Shown: piece by piece, positions 38,290 through 47,853 of the stretch
Layout of the letters: each line of letters opens with the position of its first letter
How positions within the stretch are numbered: position 1 is the stretch's first letter
DNA from: a virus
Lineage: Duplodnaviria; Caudoviricetes
Virus record (IMG/VR): IMGVR_UViG_2636415473_000002
Location: 1 to 64,000 of that record
Length of the DNA: 64,000 nucleotides
Direction: 5' to 3' (one strand)
Translations under genes and position numbers: made by a program
Notes under the pieces: model-generated
What the model was told of the DNA's origin: nothing
Database searches by the model: none
The model's input: only the letters and a program-made list of their open reading frames with translations

Positions 38290-38472
38290 TTGAGAAAAAC
38301 AAAACAAAATTATTGTGATTTGGGTGAAAAATGTAATGGTGATGATTTTATAACAGGACAGATAGTTTACTACAGCGAAGAAGAAAATAATTATTTCTGT
38401 GGAGCATGTGCAGTTAAACTTCAAAGAGACTATAAATTACAATTTGAAGATGCGGTTTATACTGGTGATTAA
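38290..38472 (+). CDS. Small Cys-rich protein
   Basis: CDLGEKC...FCGAC; AAGGGG RBS. Confidence 0.5.
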   Translation: MRKTKQNYCDLGEKCNGDDFITGQIVYYSEEENNYFCGACAVKLQRDYKLQFEDAVYTGD

Positions 38473-38538
38473 TGAAATATTTTAAACAATGTAAGAGTCC
38501 ATTTAGGGCTCTTTTTATTTTGAAAAAGGGGTGAAGGA

Positions 38539-38820
38539 ATGGAAGTACAAATCGGGGTTCTATGTGCGATTATTGGGGCTGTAATATCTTTTTTGGCATT
38601 CAGTCTTAATAGGGATAAGGATGTTAAAACAGGTGCTTCAGAATCTGCTGTGATAAGAACAAAGTTGGACAATATCAATAGTGGGGTTGAGTCAATAAGA
38701 ATTGATATAAAAGCGAATGAAAGGCGGGTATCTGAGTTATCAGAACGAGTAATTCGTGTGGAAGAAAGCTCAAAGCAGGCCCATAAGAGGCTGGACAACA
38801 TGGAAAGGGAGAGTGTTTAA
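38539..38820 (+). CDS. Membrane-anchored coiled-coil lysis-module protein (XhlA-like)
   Basis: N-terminal TM segment; VEESSKQAHKRLD. Confidence 0.75.
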   Translation: MEVQIGVLCAIIGAVISFLAFSLNRDKDVKTGASESAVIRTKLDNINSGVESIRIDIKANERRVSELSERVIRVEESSKQAHKRLDNMERESV

Positions 38821-38821
38821 A

Positions 38822-39067
38822 TTGGATAAAGCAAAACAATATGTAGCGATGATTGGCGGTGTCCTGGGGGCAGTGCTTTTGTTTTTTCAAGCACTTGGCT
38901 TTGAGATAACTTGGTTTAATGAAACCACAATTGACGCATTTACGAATTTCTTGATTGCTGCTGTTCCATTAGTTTTAGCACTATATGGTGTTTATAAAAA
39001 CCAGTATGTATTAACGAAGAAAGCTAAAAAGCAAGAGGAAGTATTGAAAAAACAAGGATTAAAATAA
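38822..39067 (+). CDS. Holin (SPP1-type)
   Basis: Two TM segments, basic tail YKNQY..KKAKKQ; TTG start inferred from the 47561 paralogue. Confidence 0.85.
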   Translation: MDKAKQYVAMIGGVLGAVLLFFQALGFEITWFNETTIDAFTNFLIAAVPLVLALYGVYKNQYVLTKKAKKQEEVLKKQGLK

Positions 39068-39103
39068 GCTGTCCACACGGATGGCTTTTAAAGAAAGGAG
39101 CTA

Positions 39104-39820
39104 GTGTTTATGGCAATTAATGACCTACCAAAATACAAAGATATTCGAGGAAGCATCCGACGTAATGGTCGATACCCAGTCGTTGGTACTGCTATAAAAG
39201 ATACTCATGTTGTACATCACTCCATGACTGCTCAGCATTTAAAGGGATCCACTCCACAAGCTTTTGCCAATACTCACATAGATACAAATAAATGGCCAGG
39301 CATTGCGTACGCTTTTGTAATCATGCCTGACGGGACTATTTATCAGTGTGATGATCTTGACCGAAGAACCTACCATGCGGGTGATATAAATACGAGGTCT
39401 ATTGGAACTTGCTTAGTAGGTGATTTTCGGAAAGAAGGTGCAGCAGAGAAGCCAACAGCAGAGCAAATGCAATCTCTTTATCTATTAAATAAGGAGCTAT
39501 ATAAAGTGCTGTCAAACATGAAGATTACTCTTGGACATCAAGAATGCCCAGGTTATGCATGGAAGAACTGCCCGGGAGATACATGGAATTATAAAGATGT
39601 TATTTCTGGAAAGATTTTAATAAGCGAAAAGAAGGAGGAACCAAAAGTGGCAGAACGCGACATTGATAAGGTTAGCGATTGGGCGAAAAAGGATTGGGAA
39701 GAGGCTATAGCAAATGGTTACTTTGATGGTACAAGACCGGGATCTCCTTTCACAAGGGAAGAAGCTGCTATTGTAATAAATCGTTTAAGGAAGAATTTAT
39801 TAGAGTTGATAAGTAAATAA
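39104..39820 (+). CDS. Endolysin, N-acetylmuramoyl-L-alanine amidase (Amidase_2)
   Basis: VVHHS, WPGIAYAF, YHAG, GHQE...CPG; SLH-like C-terminus. Confidence 0.9.
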   Translation: MFMAINDLPKYKDIRGSIRRNGRYPVVGTAIKDTHVVHHSMTAQHLKGSTPQAFANTHIDTNKWPGIAYAFVIMPDGTIYQCDDLDRRTYHAGDINTRSIGTCLVGDFRKEGAAEKPTAEQMQSLYLLNKELYKVLSNMKITLGHQECPGYAWKNCPGDTWNYKDVISGKILISEKKEEPKVAERDIDKVSDWAKKDWEEAIANGYFDGTRPGSPFTREEAAIVINRLRKNLLELISK

Positions 39821-39933
39821 AAAAATCACCCGAAAGTTCCACCTTTCGGATGATTGTCTCGATAAGTTTTATGACTTATCAATCAAAGTCTACTTGTAGT
39901 TTACCCAGTAGAGAAGATATTAAACTCCATACA

Positions 39934-39967
39934 AAAGGCCCTTCTCTTAATTGAGAGGGGCTTCTTT
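39934..39967. terminator. Bidirectional intrinsic terminator; near-identical copy at ~48640-48669
   Basis: GCCCTTCTC-TTAATT-GAGAGGGGC. Confidence 0.75.
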
Positions 39968-39973
39968 GAATTA

Positions 39974-40795
39974 TTAATAAGTAACCTCAAATTCAAAAGG
40001 TTTAATGTCTACTTCATAGTTATTAGATGAGCCTTCCATAAATACTTTTAATGTTCCTGATTCAGGTATAGTCGGATAAGCAATAATACCCTCAGTAGTT
40101 ACTCCAGGTAAAATATCTGATTGAATATCTGGATAATTAAATTCATTATTTTCTTCGTATTGCTTACCATCAATAACGAGTTTCGTATTGAAAGTATAGA
40201 ATGAAATGCTATCATTTGAGTTATTGGTAATAGTCACATATGCTCTAGTTTCTTTTTCTGCAATTTCAACTTTATCCAACTTTAGCAAGTAACCATGTTG
40301 ATCTATCTCTTTATTTATTTCTATTGTTTTAATTGCAGGTGCAAATGCTGTGGCGTAATCAGAAACCTCAATTTTATCAGCTTGTATTGCAGGTGCTGTA
40401 ACTTTCCCACCCATTAGATTTTCTCCTTCAAATATGTCCTTTATTGTTCCAGTAATATGTACAATGTCATCTGTTTTGACATCTAAGCTAGGATCCAAAA
40501 TTGCTACAATAGTATTCTTATCACTATTATCCTCTGCAAACACTTGTAGGTATGTGCCGTCATCGTCTTTTTCTGGTTCAGTAAAAACTCTACCATAGTA
40601 ATCTACTTTACTACCCTTGTATTTTTTAGGATCAGAAAGCATTTTAGTAAACTCTTCTTTGGTTAATAATTTACTATTAGTTTTTTCTTTCTTTGGAGCA
40701 TCTGCTTTTTCGGATCCTGATGAATTTTCAGCATTACAAGCAGTTAGAGCAAAAACAAGTATTAATAAAAAAGATAAACATAAAATTTTCTTCAC
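39974..40795 (-). CDS. Lipoprotein (OB-fold plus DUF4352-like Ig domain), lysogenic-conversion cargo
   Basis: Lipobox LTAC; KYKGSKV..YGRV; DILPGVTTEG. Confidence 0.8.
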   Translation of the reverse strand: MKKILCLSFLLILVFALTACNAENSSGSEKADAPKKEKTNSKLLTKEEFTKMLSDPKKYKGSKVDYYGRVFTEPEKDDDGTYLQVFAEDNSDKNTIVAILDPSLDVKTDDIVHITGTIKDIFEGENLMGGKVTAPAIQADKIEVSDYATAFAPAIKTIEINKEIDQHGYLLKLDKVEIAEKETRAYVTITNNSNDSISFYTFNTKLVIDGKQYEENNEFNYPDIQSDILPGVTTEGIIAYPTIPESGTLKVFMEGSSNNYEVDIKPFEFEVTY

Positions 40796-40891
40796 AATAT
40801 TTCCTCCTTCGATATGTAGGTAAAATAACCTATTTGATACATTAAAAGATTACCAGTTTTGGATGGCGATTGTAAATGCCTAAATCCACAT

Positions 40892-41086
40892 TCATTCATC
40901 ATATTCGTAAAGGTCATCTACTTTTACACCTAATAACCGCGACAACTTAAATGCTTTGTCCATCGGTATTAGCGCCTCCATCGTTTCGTATTTCCTCAAC
41001 TGTCGCACAGTTATGCCTAATTGTTCGGCTATAAACGCTTTCCTTAATCCTTTACCCTTTATTAACTCTCCCACTCTACTTTTCAT
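40892..41086 (-). CDS. Small XRE HTH regulator
   Basis: FIAEQLGIT...AFKLSRLLGVKVDDLYE. Confidence 0.85.
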   Translation of the reverse strand: MKSRVGELIKGKGLRKAFIAEQLGITVRQLRKYETMEALIPMDKAFKLSRLLGVKVDDLYEYDE

Positions 41087-41280
41087 ATGATCACCTAATA
41101 ACCGATTTTAATTTTAGTGGTTATGTCAAAGAGTTAATAACAGCCGACATGCAAAGAAAAGAGAAATTAAAGATCATCCACACGAAAGAAAGTGGGGGAA
41201 TTAAGATTGTCATAGGCCAGTAATACTACTCCTCTTTCTACATCTCTTCTGTAACACTGTTACACGGTTGACGTTGGTAA

Positions 41281-41586
41281 TTGTCACGACAAATGGAAAG
41301 GGGATGCTTAAACATGATAGAAGGGAAGGGCTTAGGCAATAAGAAAGTAAACCGAGTCGGTGTTTCACTTTCGAATGCGTTCAATCAGAAATTAAATAAG
41401 TTAGCTGTGGCCTGTAACATGAAGCCGACCACGCTTGCAGGACTACTTATCGAAAGAAGCTTGAACAATCCAAGATTGATATCAGATCTCCAAAATGAGC
41501 ATGCAGTCCACACTGCCTATAAGGTATTGCCGATTAGAGATTACGAAACTGGCGAACTCCTATATGTTTTGAACGAAAGGTGGTAA
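41281..41586 (+). CDS. Putative ribbon-helix-helix protein
   Basis: RVGVSLS...KLNKLAVAC.MKPTTLA. Confidence 0.6.
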   Translation: MSRQMERGCLNMIEGKGLGNKKVNRVGVSLSNAFNQKLNKLAVACNMKPTTLAGLLIERSLNNPRLISDLQNEHAVHTAYKVLPIRDYETGELLYVLNERW

Positions 41587-41592
41587 TACCGT

Positions 41593-41847
41593 ATGGAATG
41601 GATAAGCTTCCTCACAGGTGCCATGGGTACAGCCTTTGCATTCGCCTTGTTTTCGAATAATGATGATGCCGAAATCGAAACTGAATTTGAAACTGACGAT
41701 AGCGAACTTGAAGTAAATGACTTTTCAGTTAGACACGTTACCCTGTCATGCCAGACTTGTAGAAAACTAAAAAGGCATAAAGAGATTGAAGCTAACTTGT
41801 ATCAATGTACCAAGTGCAAAAGGCATGTGGATTTAAGGGCTTCATAA
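41593..41847 (+). CDS. Membrane-anchored Zn-ribbon protein
   Basis: N-terminal hydrophobic segment; CQTC...CTKC. Confidence 0.6.
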   Translation: MEWISFLTGAMGTAFAFALFSNNDDAEIETEFETDDSELEVNDFSVRHVTLSCQTCRKLKRHKEIEANLYQCTKCKRHVDLRAS

Positions 41848-42033
41848 GATTTATCCATCAATAAAATTCGCATCAAAGTAAAGCTTGTCAATAAGTTATA
41901 AATGCCCGATAATTACCCGACAAACGCCCGATTTTTCATAAAGTATTTAGATTTGATTCGATTCCCTAATTTTCGAAAGTACTGATAAACAAGCATTTTC
42001 AAACTATCTTGATTCACTCTTATGGACTAGAGT

Positions 42034-42090
42034 ATGTTTAGAACGCAAGTTCACCCATGGGAACGCGAACAATATATGAACATGTATTAA
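42034..42090 (+). other. glnA: attR: duplicated 3' end of glutamine synthetase gene
   Basis: Translates MFRTQVHPWEREQYMNMY*, the Bacillus GlnA C-terminus; terminator at ~42099-42131; arm-like repeats at 41902-41932 and 42173-42192. Confidence 0.9.
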
Positions 42091-42199
42091 ATCGTGGGAA
42101 GCCTTGACACATCTAGTGTTGGGGCTTTTTTGTTTTGGGCAGATTGCGCCTTTTCCATCAGCGTTTTAGCAATTGCCCAAGAATTGCCCAAAGAATAAA

Positions 42200-42308
42200 T
42201 TATTCAAGTACATTTTTCATATGCTCTTCGAATTTATTCATTTCGTCTTGTTCGATTTTTTTACTAATATGTGAATAAACATCAGAGGTTATTTGCATAC
42301 TACCGTGT
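42200..42308 (-). pseudogene. C-terminal stub of a second, closely related integrase
   Basis: HGSMQITSDVYSHISKKIEQDEMNKFEEHMKNVLE* aligns with bases 1-108. Confidence 0.88.
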
Positions 42309-43147
42309 CAGGATGATTAAGACCCATTAATGTACCGATAGATATCATAAGAATTCGTGATGTATTAATTTTATTTTCTAAATCATTAAGTATTAATTCC
42401 TTTATTTTCATAACTTAACTCCTATAGATTTGTTATTGAAACCTAAAAAGGCACGAAATAACATTATAGGATAATTTTTAACTAGTTTGTAAATCTCGAC
42501 AAAAAATATCATAATACGACAAAATTTCTTTTTTAGAGTAATAATTGATCGGAAATTTAGAATGTATAAAGTTACTGCGTAGTTCGACGAAACGGTAGAA
42601 TTAAATATCCTATTATTTAGCCTTTATTTGACACTACTTAGAATGCAAGTTGAAATTGTAATTTTTATTAACAACTACAGTTACCTGATTCTTCTTCAAT
42701 AATAGAAGTGATAATAGGATAATCAAAGCGGATAAACAAGTGATATTCTTCTTAGTCAAGTGGTTCACAGCCTTTCATATATTGGGGATTATACCATTTT
42801 AGTGAATATTATGTAAATCCAATAATTAATATGATAGTAGCTTTAAAAAGTTTATAAAATTTGAGTTTCATTGTAATTCAATAGACAAAACTGTGAGATA
42901 AGGGAGGAGTTTAACAATGGAAAAGATGAAATTTCATTGGGAAAAAGGAAATAAGAAAGGATTAATTTAGTGTCGCAGTACGACGAAACACTTCCGAAAG
43001 ATCGAAAAAATATGAAACAGATTCATTCGACAAGATTCTACATAAGTAGGTGTCACAGAATGGTGGTAAATTTGCTTTATTTTTAAATCTGAATGAATTG
43101 GTGGACATTAAAACGCCTTAGATGGCTTAATAAGGGAGATTACGAGA

Positions 43148-43656
43148 ATGTCAAAAACTCAATTAAATGTTTTGTTCAAAAAGATCCAAAAGGATGATAA
43201 AAAAGAGGTTCTTGAGTTTCATGTGCAAGGGGATGAGTTGCCGCATTCTCAACAACTGGTTAGTATGGCCGGCTCCATTGTTTATCTGGATGTGGAAACG
43301 AGCAAAGTAGGGGAAATCAACGCTGAATTTAAATCCATACAGCGCTACTCCAAGAAAACTACATTAAAATTCAATGTTAAGGGTGATAGTGAGGATAAAA
43401 TGAACAAGCTTTACCCCCGTATGCTGGCCGAAGTGTTTCTCTTCTTTTGGAAGCTTCGCAAATGTCCATAGAGGAATTCAATGAAGCGCACGAGGGTATT
43501 GAATATTCAATTGAGAAGGATGGTACTGCAAAGGTGGCTGCCGATCAAATGTCCCTTGATGATGTGGAAGAAGGTCAGGTACAAGATGCACCAGAGCAAA
43601 ATGAAGATGATCCGTTCGATGCTACTGGCTTTGACGATGAGGATCTACTAGATTAA
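43148..43656 (+). pseudogene. Phage protein split by a frameshift at ~43415 (C-run)
   Basis: ORFs 43148 and 43447 join into one reading if the CCCCC tract is corrected. Confidence 0.65.
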
Positions 43657-43679
43657 TAGTAAAATCCCTGAGCTTAGGC

Positions 43680-44162
43680 TTGGGGTGTTCCTGGGAAATG
43701 GGGGATACAATGACTTTTGAATTACCAGAATTAGATAGGAAGTCTACACAAGCAGCCGTTGAAGTTGCCTTGGAGAAATACCGGTTGTTTAAATACTTAA
43801 TCTTTGAAGATAGGGAAGCATCAATCACAGTAAGTTCTGAGGCTCGTTATCATGGTCCTACTAACCAGATAAATGACCAGACTGGAGATATTGCAATATA
43901 CAATGCAGATCAACAAAAATATAGAAAAGAATATTGCGAACGATTGGAACGGGCTGTGAGTCGGCTGCCTAAGATGGAAAGGTTTTTAATAGAGGAACGA
44001 TATATATCGCAGGATGGGGATTACTTAACAGATTATCAGGTATATTGTTTCAAATTTCAGCCTCCAATTAGCGCGATGACCTATGCAAAAATTCGCTGGA
44101 AAGCTTTTTATAGGGTTGCTTTAAATATGAATATAGCTATAACAAAAGAAGCCATTACATAA
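43680..44162 (+). CDS. arpU: Second ArpU-family activator
   Basis: FELPELDRKSTQAAVE...RWKAFYRVA. Confidence 0.85.
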   Translation: MGCSWEMGDTMTFELPELDRKSTQAAVEVALEKYRLFKYLIFEDREASITVSSEARYHGPTNQINDQTGDIAIYNADQQKYRKEYCERLERAVSRLPKMERFLIEERYISQDGDYLTDYQVYCFKFQPPISAMTYAKIRWKAFYRVALNMNIAITKEAIT

Positions 44163-45030
44163 TGGCTTCTTCGTTACTATACAAATTAGCTTCTGTCATG
44201 TATAAGTCGAAGTGTTCTTCTTTGATTAAAATCTTGCTATTTAAATTGTCTAACAAATTATATTTATGCATTAGTATCATGAAGTTGTACCCATGTAACC
44301 CTAATGAGTTGTAAAGAAGAAATGCTAGCTCTGTAGATGAAAGTTGCGCTCTCAATATACCGATGTACGTCTTTTTTTCCTCAAGTTCGAGTAATTCTGA
44401 TACGTCGATAAACTTTACAATTCTATATAGATTCCTAAAATAATGACCAAGCTGATCTTCATTTTTTAAGAAAAAACTATGATAGTTTATCCTAACTCTA
44501 TCAATTTCGTTTTTATTTAGAAAATCATTATTAAAGGTGTTTTTAACATGAATGCGATAAGAGTCGTTCAAAGCCTGATAAAAATAAAAAAACGAGTTCC
44601 TTCCAACTTTATTAGAGCTCATACTATCTTCATAAACCATGGCATTAACTATATCAATGTGAAGATTGACCATTTGGAAAAAAGTATTTTCAAATCGTTG
44701 GATGGATAATGTTTTATTTTGCAATTCAAATTCTTTTCGAGTAGCCTTCATTTCATCAATTGAATTCCTTAACTCTTCATTTTGCATTTCAAGTTGCTTA
44801 CCTTGCATTTCAAGTTGTTCTTTTTGCATTTTTAGTGTTATAACGATGGCTAAAAAGCTAATGAAAGTCAATATTGGTACTGTCGTTCCTGCAAAAAAGT
44901 CGCCGAATGGTCCTAAATATGAAAAATCTATGTGGAATGCTTTAATTGCAATTATTCCAAGTACTCCTGGAATAGGTACTAAAAAAAGACAGTACCATAA
45001 TGTTGTTAATTCAAATTTCAATCTTTTCAT
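44155..45030 (-). CDS. Putative phage abortive-infection protein (putAbiC-like)
   Basis: TM segments with GPFGDFFAG; QRFENTFFQM; LGHYFRNLYRIVKFID; YIGILRAQLS..EL..LLYN. Confidence 0.8.
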   Translation of the reverse strand: MKRLKFELTTLWYCLFLVPIPGVLGIIAIKAFHIDFSYLGPFGDFFAGTTVPILTFISFLAIVITLKMQKEQLEMQGKQLEMQNEELRNSIDEMKATRKEFELQNKTLSIQRFENTFFQMVNLHIDIVNAMVYEDSMSSNKVGRNSFFYFYQALNDSYRIHVKNTFNNDFLNKNEIDRVRINYHSFFLKNEDQLGHYFRNLYRIVKFIDVSELLELEEKKTYIGILRAQLSSTELAFLLYNSLGLHGYNFMILMHKYNLLDNLNSKILIKEEHFDLYMTEANLYSNEEAIM

Positions 45031-45476
45031 TGGAGAACCCTCTTTCTTAAATAATACATTTATTATTCTAACTGTTAAATGATAAAAATAATAGAAAATA
45101 TTTCAAATAAAAATAGTAAAAGAATGTGTGTTGTTTGCATTTAGACATGATAAATTTATAACATCGAGAAAGTTACAAGGACGGCACTTAGGTTTTGAGT
45201 GTCCTCTTTTTATGTTCTTTGTAAACTAGGCGCTCGTAAAAAAATACTCCAAACTTGTTTCGCATATGTAATTGAGTGTCTAGTTTAGAGGGAATATAAT
45301 CAACTGTACTCCATATGGAGGACGGTGAATCTAGTTCCTTCATTAGAGCGAGATTCCTAAAGAAAACATTAAAGAAAACTACCTAGCAAATGATATTTGC
45401 AAGGGAAGAATTAATTTAATAAAAGGAATAACTAATATTATGTTGAAGTATAAGTAGTAGGGAAGGAGGAGTTAAT

Positions 45477-45683
45477 TTGAACATCAGGATGAGGTATAGG
45501 TTATTCAAACAAGTAGGAGAAATAATAGTTCCAGATAAATTTGATAGCTTTAAAGTCATTACTGTAAATGACGAATTAGATCCTAATTCTCCAGAAGGTC
45601 GTGAAGAAATTATTACACAATTACATAGAGCCATCGGTGAACCTAAAGCTAATGTTAAAGTATTAGATGGGACATTAGTATAA
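45477..45683 (+). CDS. Hypothetical protein
   Basis: AAGGAGG RBS; sigmaH-like AGGA-17-GAAG at 45424-45448. Confidence 0.6.
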   Translation: MNIRMRYRLFKQVGEIIVPDKFDSFKVITVNDELDPNSPEGREEIITQLHRAIGEPKANVKVLDGTLV

Positions 45684-45724
45684 GCAACACTTTATTAGGC
45701 GCTTTAGAAAGGGGCGAGAATAAA

Positions 45725-45820
45725 ATGAAAGATCCAGGTACAGGTGGTTATCCAATGTTGCAAGGAGATCCAGGTGTTGCTGGTAGTCTTGCTTTACGAA
45801 AAGGTATTGTTCGTCCATAA
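45725..45820 (+). CDS. 31-aa peptide MKDPGTGGYPMLQGDPGVAGSLALRKGIVRP
   Basis: AAAGGGG RBS; terminator at ~45836-45862. Confidence 0.5.
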   Translation: MKDPGTGGYPMLQGDPGVAGSLALRKGIVRP

Positions 45821-45933
45821 TTATATAGTATGAAAGGCACTCATTTAATGGGTGTCTTTTTTTAAAAAAAATTTATTCAAATCATTCCCTATTCTATATA
45901 GATATATCATAATAATCATGTGGAGGGGTTAGG

Positions 45934-46395
45934 TTGGATAAAAAAGAAATAAAGGCTAAAAAGATAAATTTTATTTATTTAATACCAGTAATAATAATTG
46001 TAACACCTATTCTTCTTGGATTACTTTTAAATATACCAGGAGGGAAATTAACAATTGGCGATGAAGGATCTTGGGTAGGTTTTTTTTGCAATTATTCCAG
46101 CGGGATTATAGGAGGAATAGTTGCATAAATTGTTGCAAAGCAACAATTTAATCAAGGTGAGATTAATAGAATAAAAATAAATAATGAGCAGGAACGAGCT
46201 TCTTTACTTAGAATAAGATTTGAATTATTAAAAATAAAAGAGGAATTTAAGTCTGTATCAAAAGTTGAAGAAGACGTAAATAAAATTAATCAGCCTATTC
46301 CTTTTACACGTTTAGGTATAAGAGAATTAAATTCACTAAACTGGTCAAAAGCATCAAATATTTCAGATTATTTCGCTTTAAAGCAAGTGAATTAG
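45934..46395 (+). pseudogene. Membrane-anchored cargo protein with an internal stop at 46126-46128
   Basis: W.GFF.NYSSGIIGGIVA; the frame continues past the TAA. Confidence 0.55.
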
Positions 46396-46617
46396 CTTTT
46401 AATGTAGATGAGGATGATATGATTTTAGCTATTGAACAACGTCTAAATGAACAATAGGAAATTGATGTGTAGCAAACCAAACACCTAATGAGGTTTATTT
46501 TTATGTAATCCCCGGATGATAAATAGTAATTATTAAAGAATAATATTGAGATTTGCAGACCAAATGAACTATAATTCACCTGGGGAAATAAGTTTTAAAG
46601 ATCTACTGCTGACGGAT

Positions 46618-46649
46618 CGCCGTGTGCGATGAAAGTCGCCTGCACGGTG
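46618..46649 (+). ncRNA. Isolated group II intron domain V remnant
   Basis: CGCCGTGTGCGATGAAAGTCGCCTGCACGGTG: CGC triad, GAAA loop, bulged stem. Confidence 0.75.
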
Positions 46650-47268
46650 AAGGCTCGTTATAAAACCTAGATAGAGAAATGGTATAAGACGAGAATAGCG
46701 CACCACAAGCAAGTTATGTTTGGAATGAAACAACGAACGTTTTAACAATAACTGGGCTTACTGTTACAGATGGGCAAATGAATGACCAAACACAATTAAC
46801 GACTGCAACAAGCCCTGGGACTTCCAGTTATCAAACGGTAATACTAGTAAAATTTCTGTAGCTTTTACAGGCGGAGAAACTAATTATGATTCGATGAATT
46901 TTGAACAACCTTCCAATGGTTTATACGCAACTGTAATAGGAGCCAATCAGATTCAGTTTAGCTTAGATACTACTGAAGATAATATAAATTATCCTGGTCT
47001 ATTATCTTTTAGCCAAGATCATTTACTGGTTACTGTAGAAGATGCGAATGATCCAACTTTAAAAGTTACGATTGATTTAAACATTGATACAACAAACCCA
47101 GATAACATTAGAAAAAATAACTAACATTGTTACCTCGCTGTTTTTTCAGTGAGGTTTTTCTTTTACATCAGGAAGATGATACGCAGTAAACAAAACATCC
47201 ATGAGGTGTTTTTTTATGCATGAGGGCTCATTTGAGTCCTTTTTTATTTTGAAAAATTGGGGTGAAAC

Positions 47269-47559
47269 ATGGAGGTTCAAGTTGGTATTTCAATCTTGTG
47301 TACAGTGATAGGGGTCCTTATCGGTTTCTTAACATTCAGTAGGAACAGGGATAAGGATGTTAAAAACGACGCCACAGAATCGGCGGTAATTAGAACGAAA
47401 TTAGACAAGATTAGTCAGTCTGTAGATTCGATTAGAATTGATTTTAAAGCAAGTGATCAGCGCTGGACGGCGCTATCAGAGCAAGTTATTCGCAACGATG
47501 AAAGTAATAAGCAAGCACATAAACGGATTGACTCATTAGAAAGTAAAGGGGAGAGTTGA
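47269..47559 (+). CDS. XhlA-like lysis-module protein (paralogue of 38539)
   Basis: Aligns along its length with 38539-38820. Confidence 0.8.
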   Translation: MEVQVGISILCTVIGVLIGFLTFSRNRDKDVKNDATESAVIRTKLDKISQSVDSIRIDFKASDQRWTALSEQVIRNDESNKQAHKRIDSLESKGES

Positions 47560-47560
47560 A

Positions 47561-47806
47561 TTGGATAAAGCAAAACAATATGTAGCAATGATTGGCGGTG
47601 TCCTGGGGGCACTGCTTTTGTTTTTTCAAGCACTAGGTCTTGAAATTACTTGGTTTAATGAAACCACGATTGACGTATTTACGAATTTCTTGATTGCTGC
47701 TGTTCCATTAGTTTTAGCTCTGTATGGTGTTTATAAAAACCAGTATGTACTAACGAACAAAGCTAAAAAGCAAGAGGAAGCATTGAAAAAACAAGGGTTG
47801 AAGTAA
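47561..47806 (+). CDS. Holin (near-identical to 38822)
   Basis: Only a few residue differences from the first holin. Confidence 0.85.
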   Translation: MDKAKQYVAMIGGVLGALLLFFQALGLEITWFNETTIDVFTNFLIAAVPLVLALYGVYKNQYVLTNKAKKQEEALKKQGLK

Positions 47807-47853
47807 GCTGTCCACACGGATGGCTTTTTTTATTATATAAAGGAGATGATTAT

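Larger units (their letters stand above)
1..42090. mobile_element. Temperate siphovirus prophage (cos/HK97-type) integrated at the 3' end of glnA; attL lies just left of the window
   Basis: Full ordered module set from integrase to endolysin, ending at a duplicated glnA 3' end. Confidence 0.95.

Noticed and set aside
41121-41213. 30-aa hydrophobic minus-strand ORF as a type I toxin
   Set aside because: SD is 15 nt from the ATG, there is no charged tail, and the plus-strand frame explains the sequence better as a gene remnant.
42034-42090. tRNA/tmRNA attachment site or an independent small gene
   Set aside because: No cloverleaf; it translates as the GlnA C-terminus.
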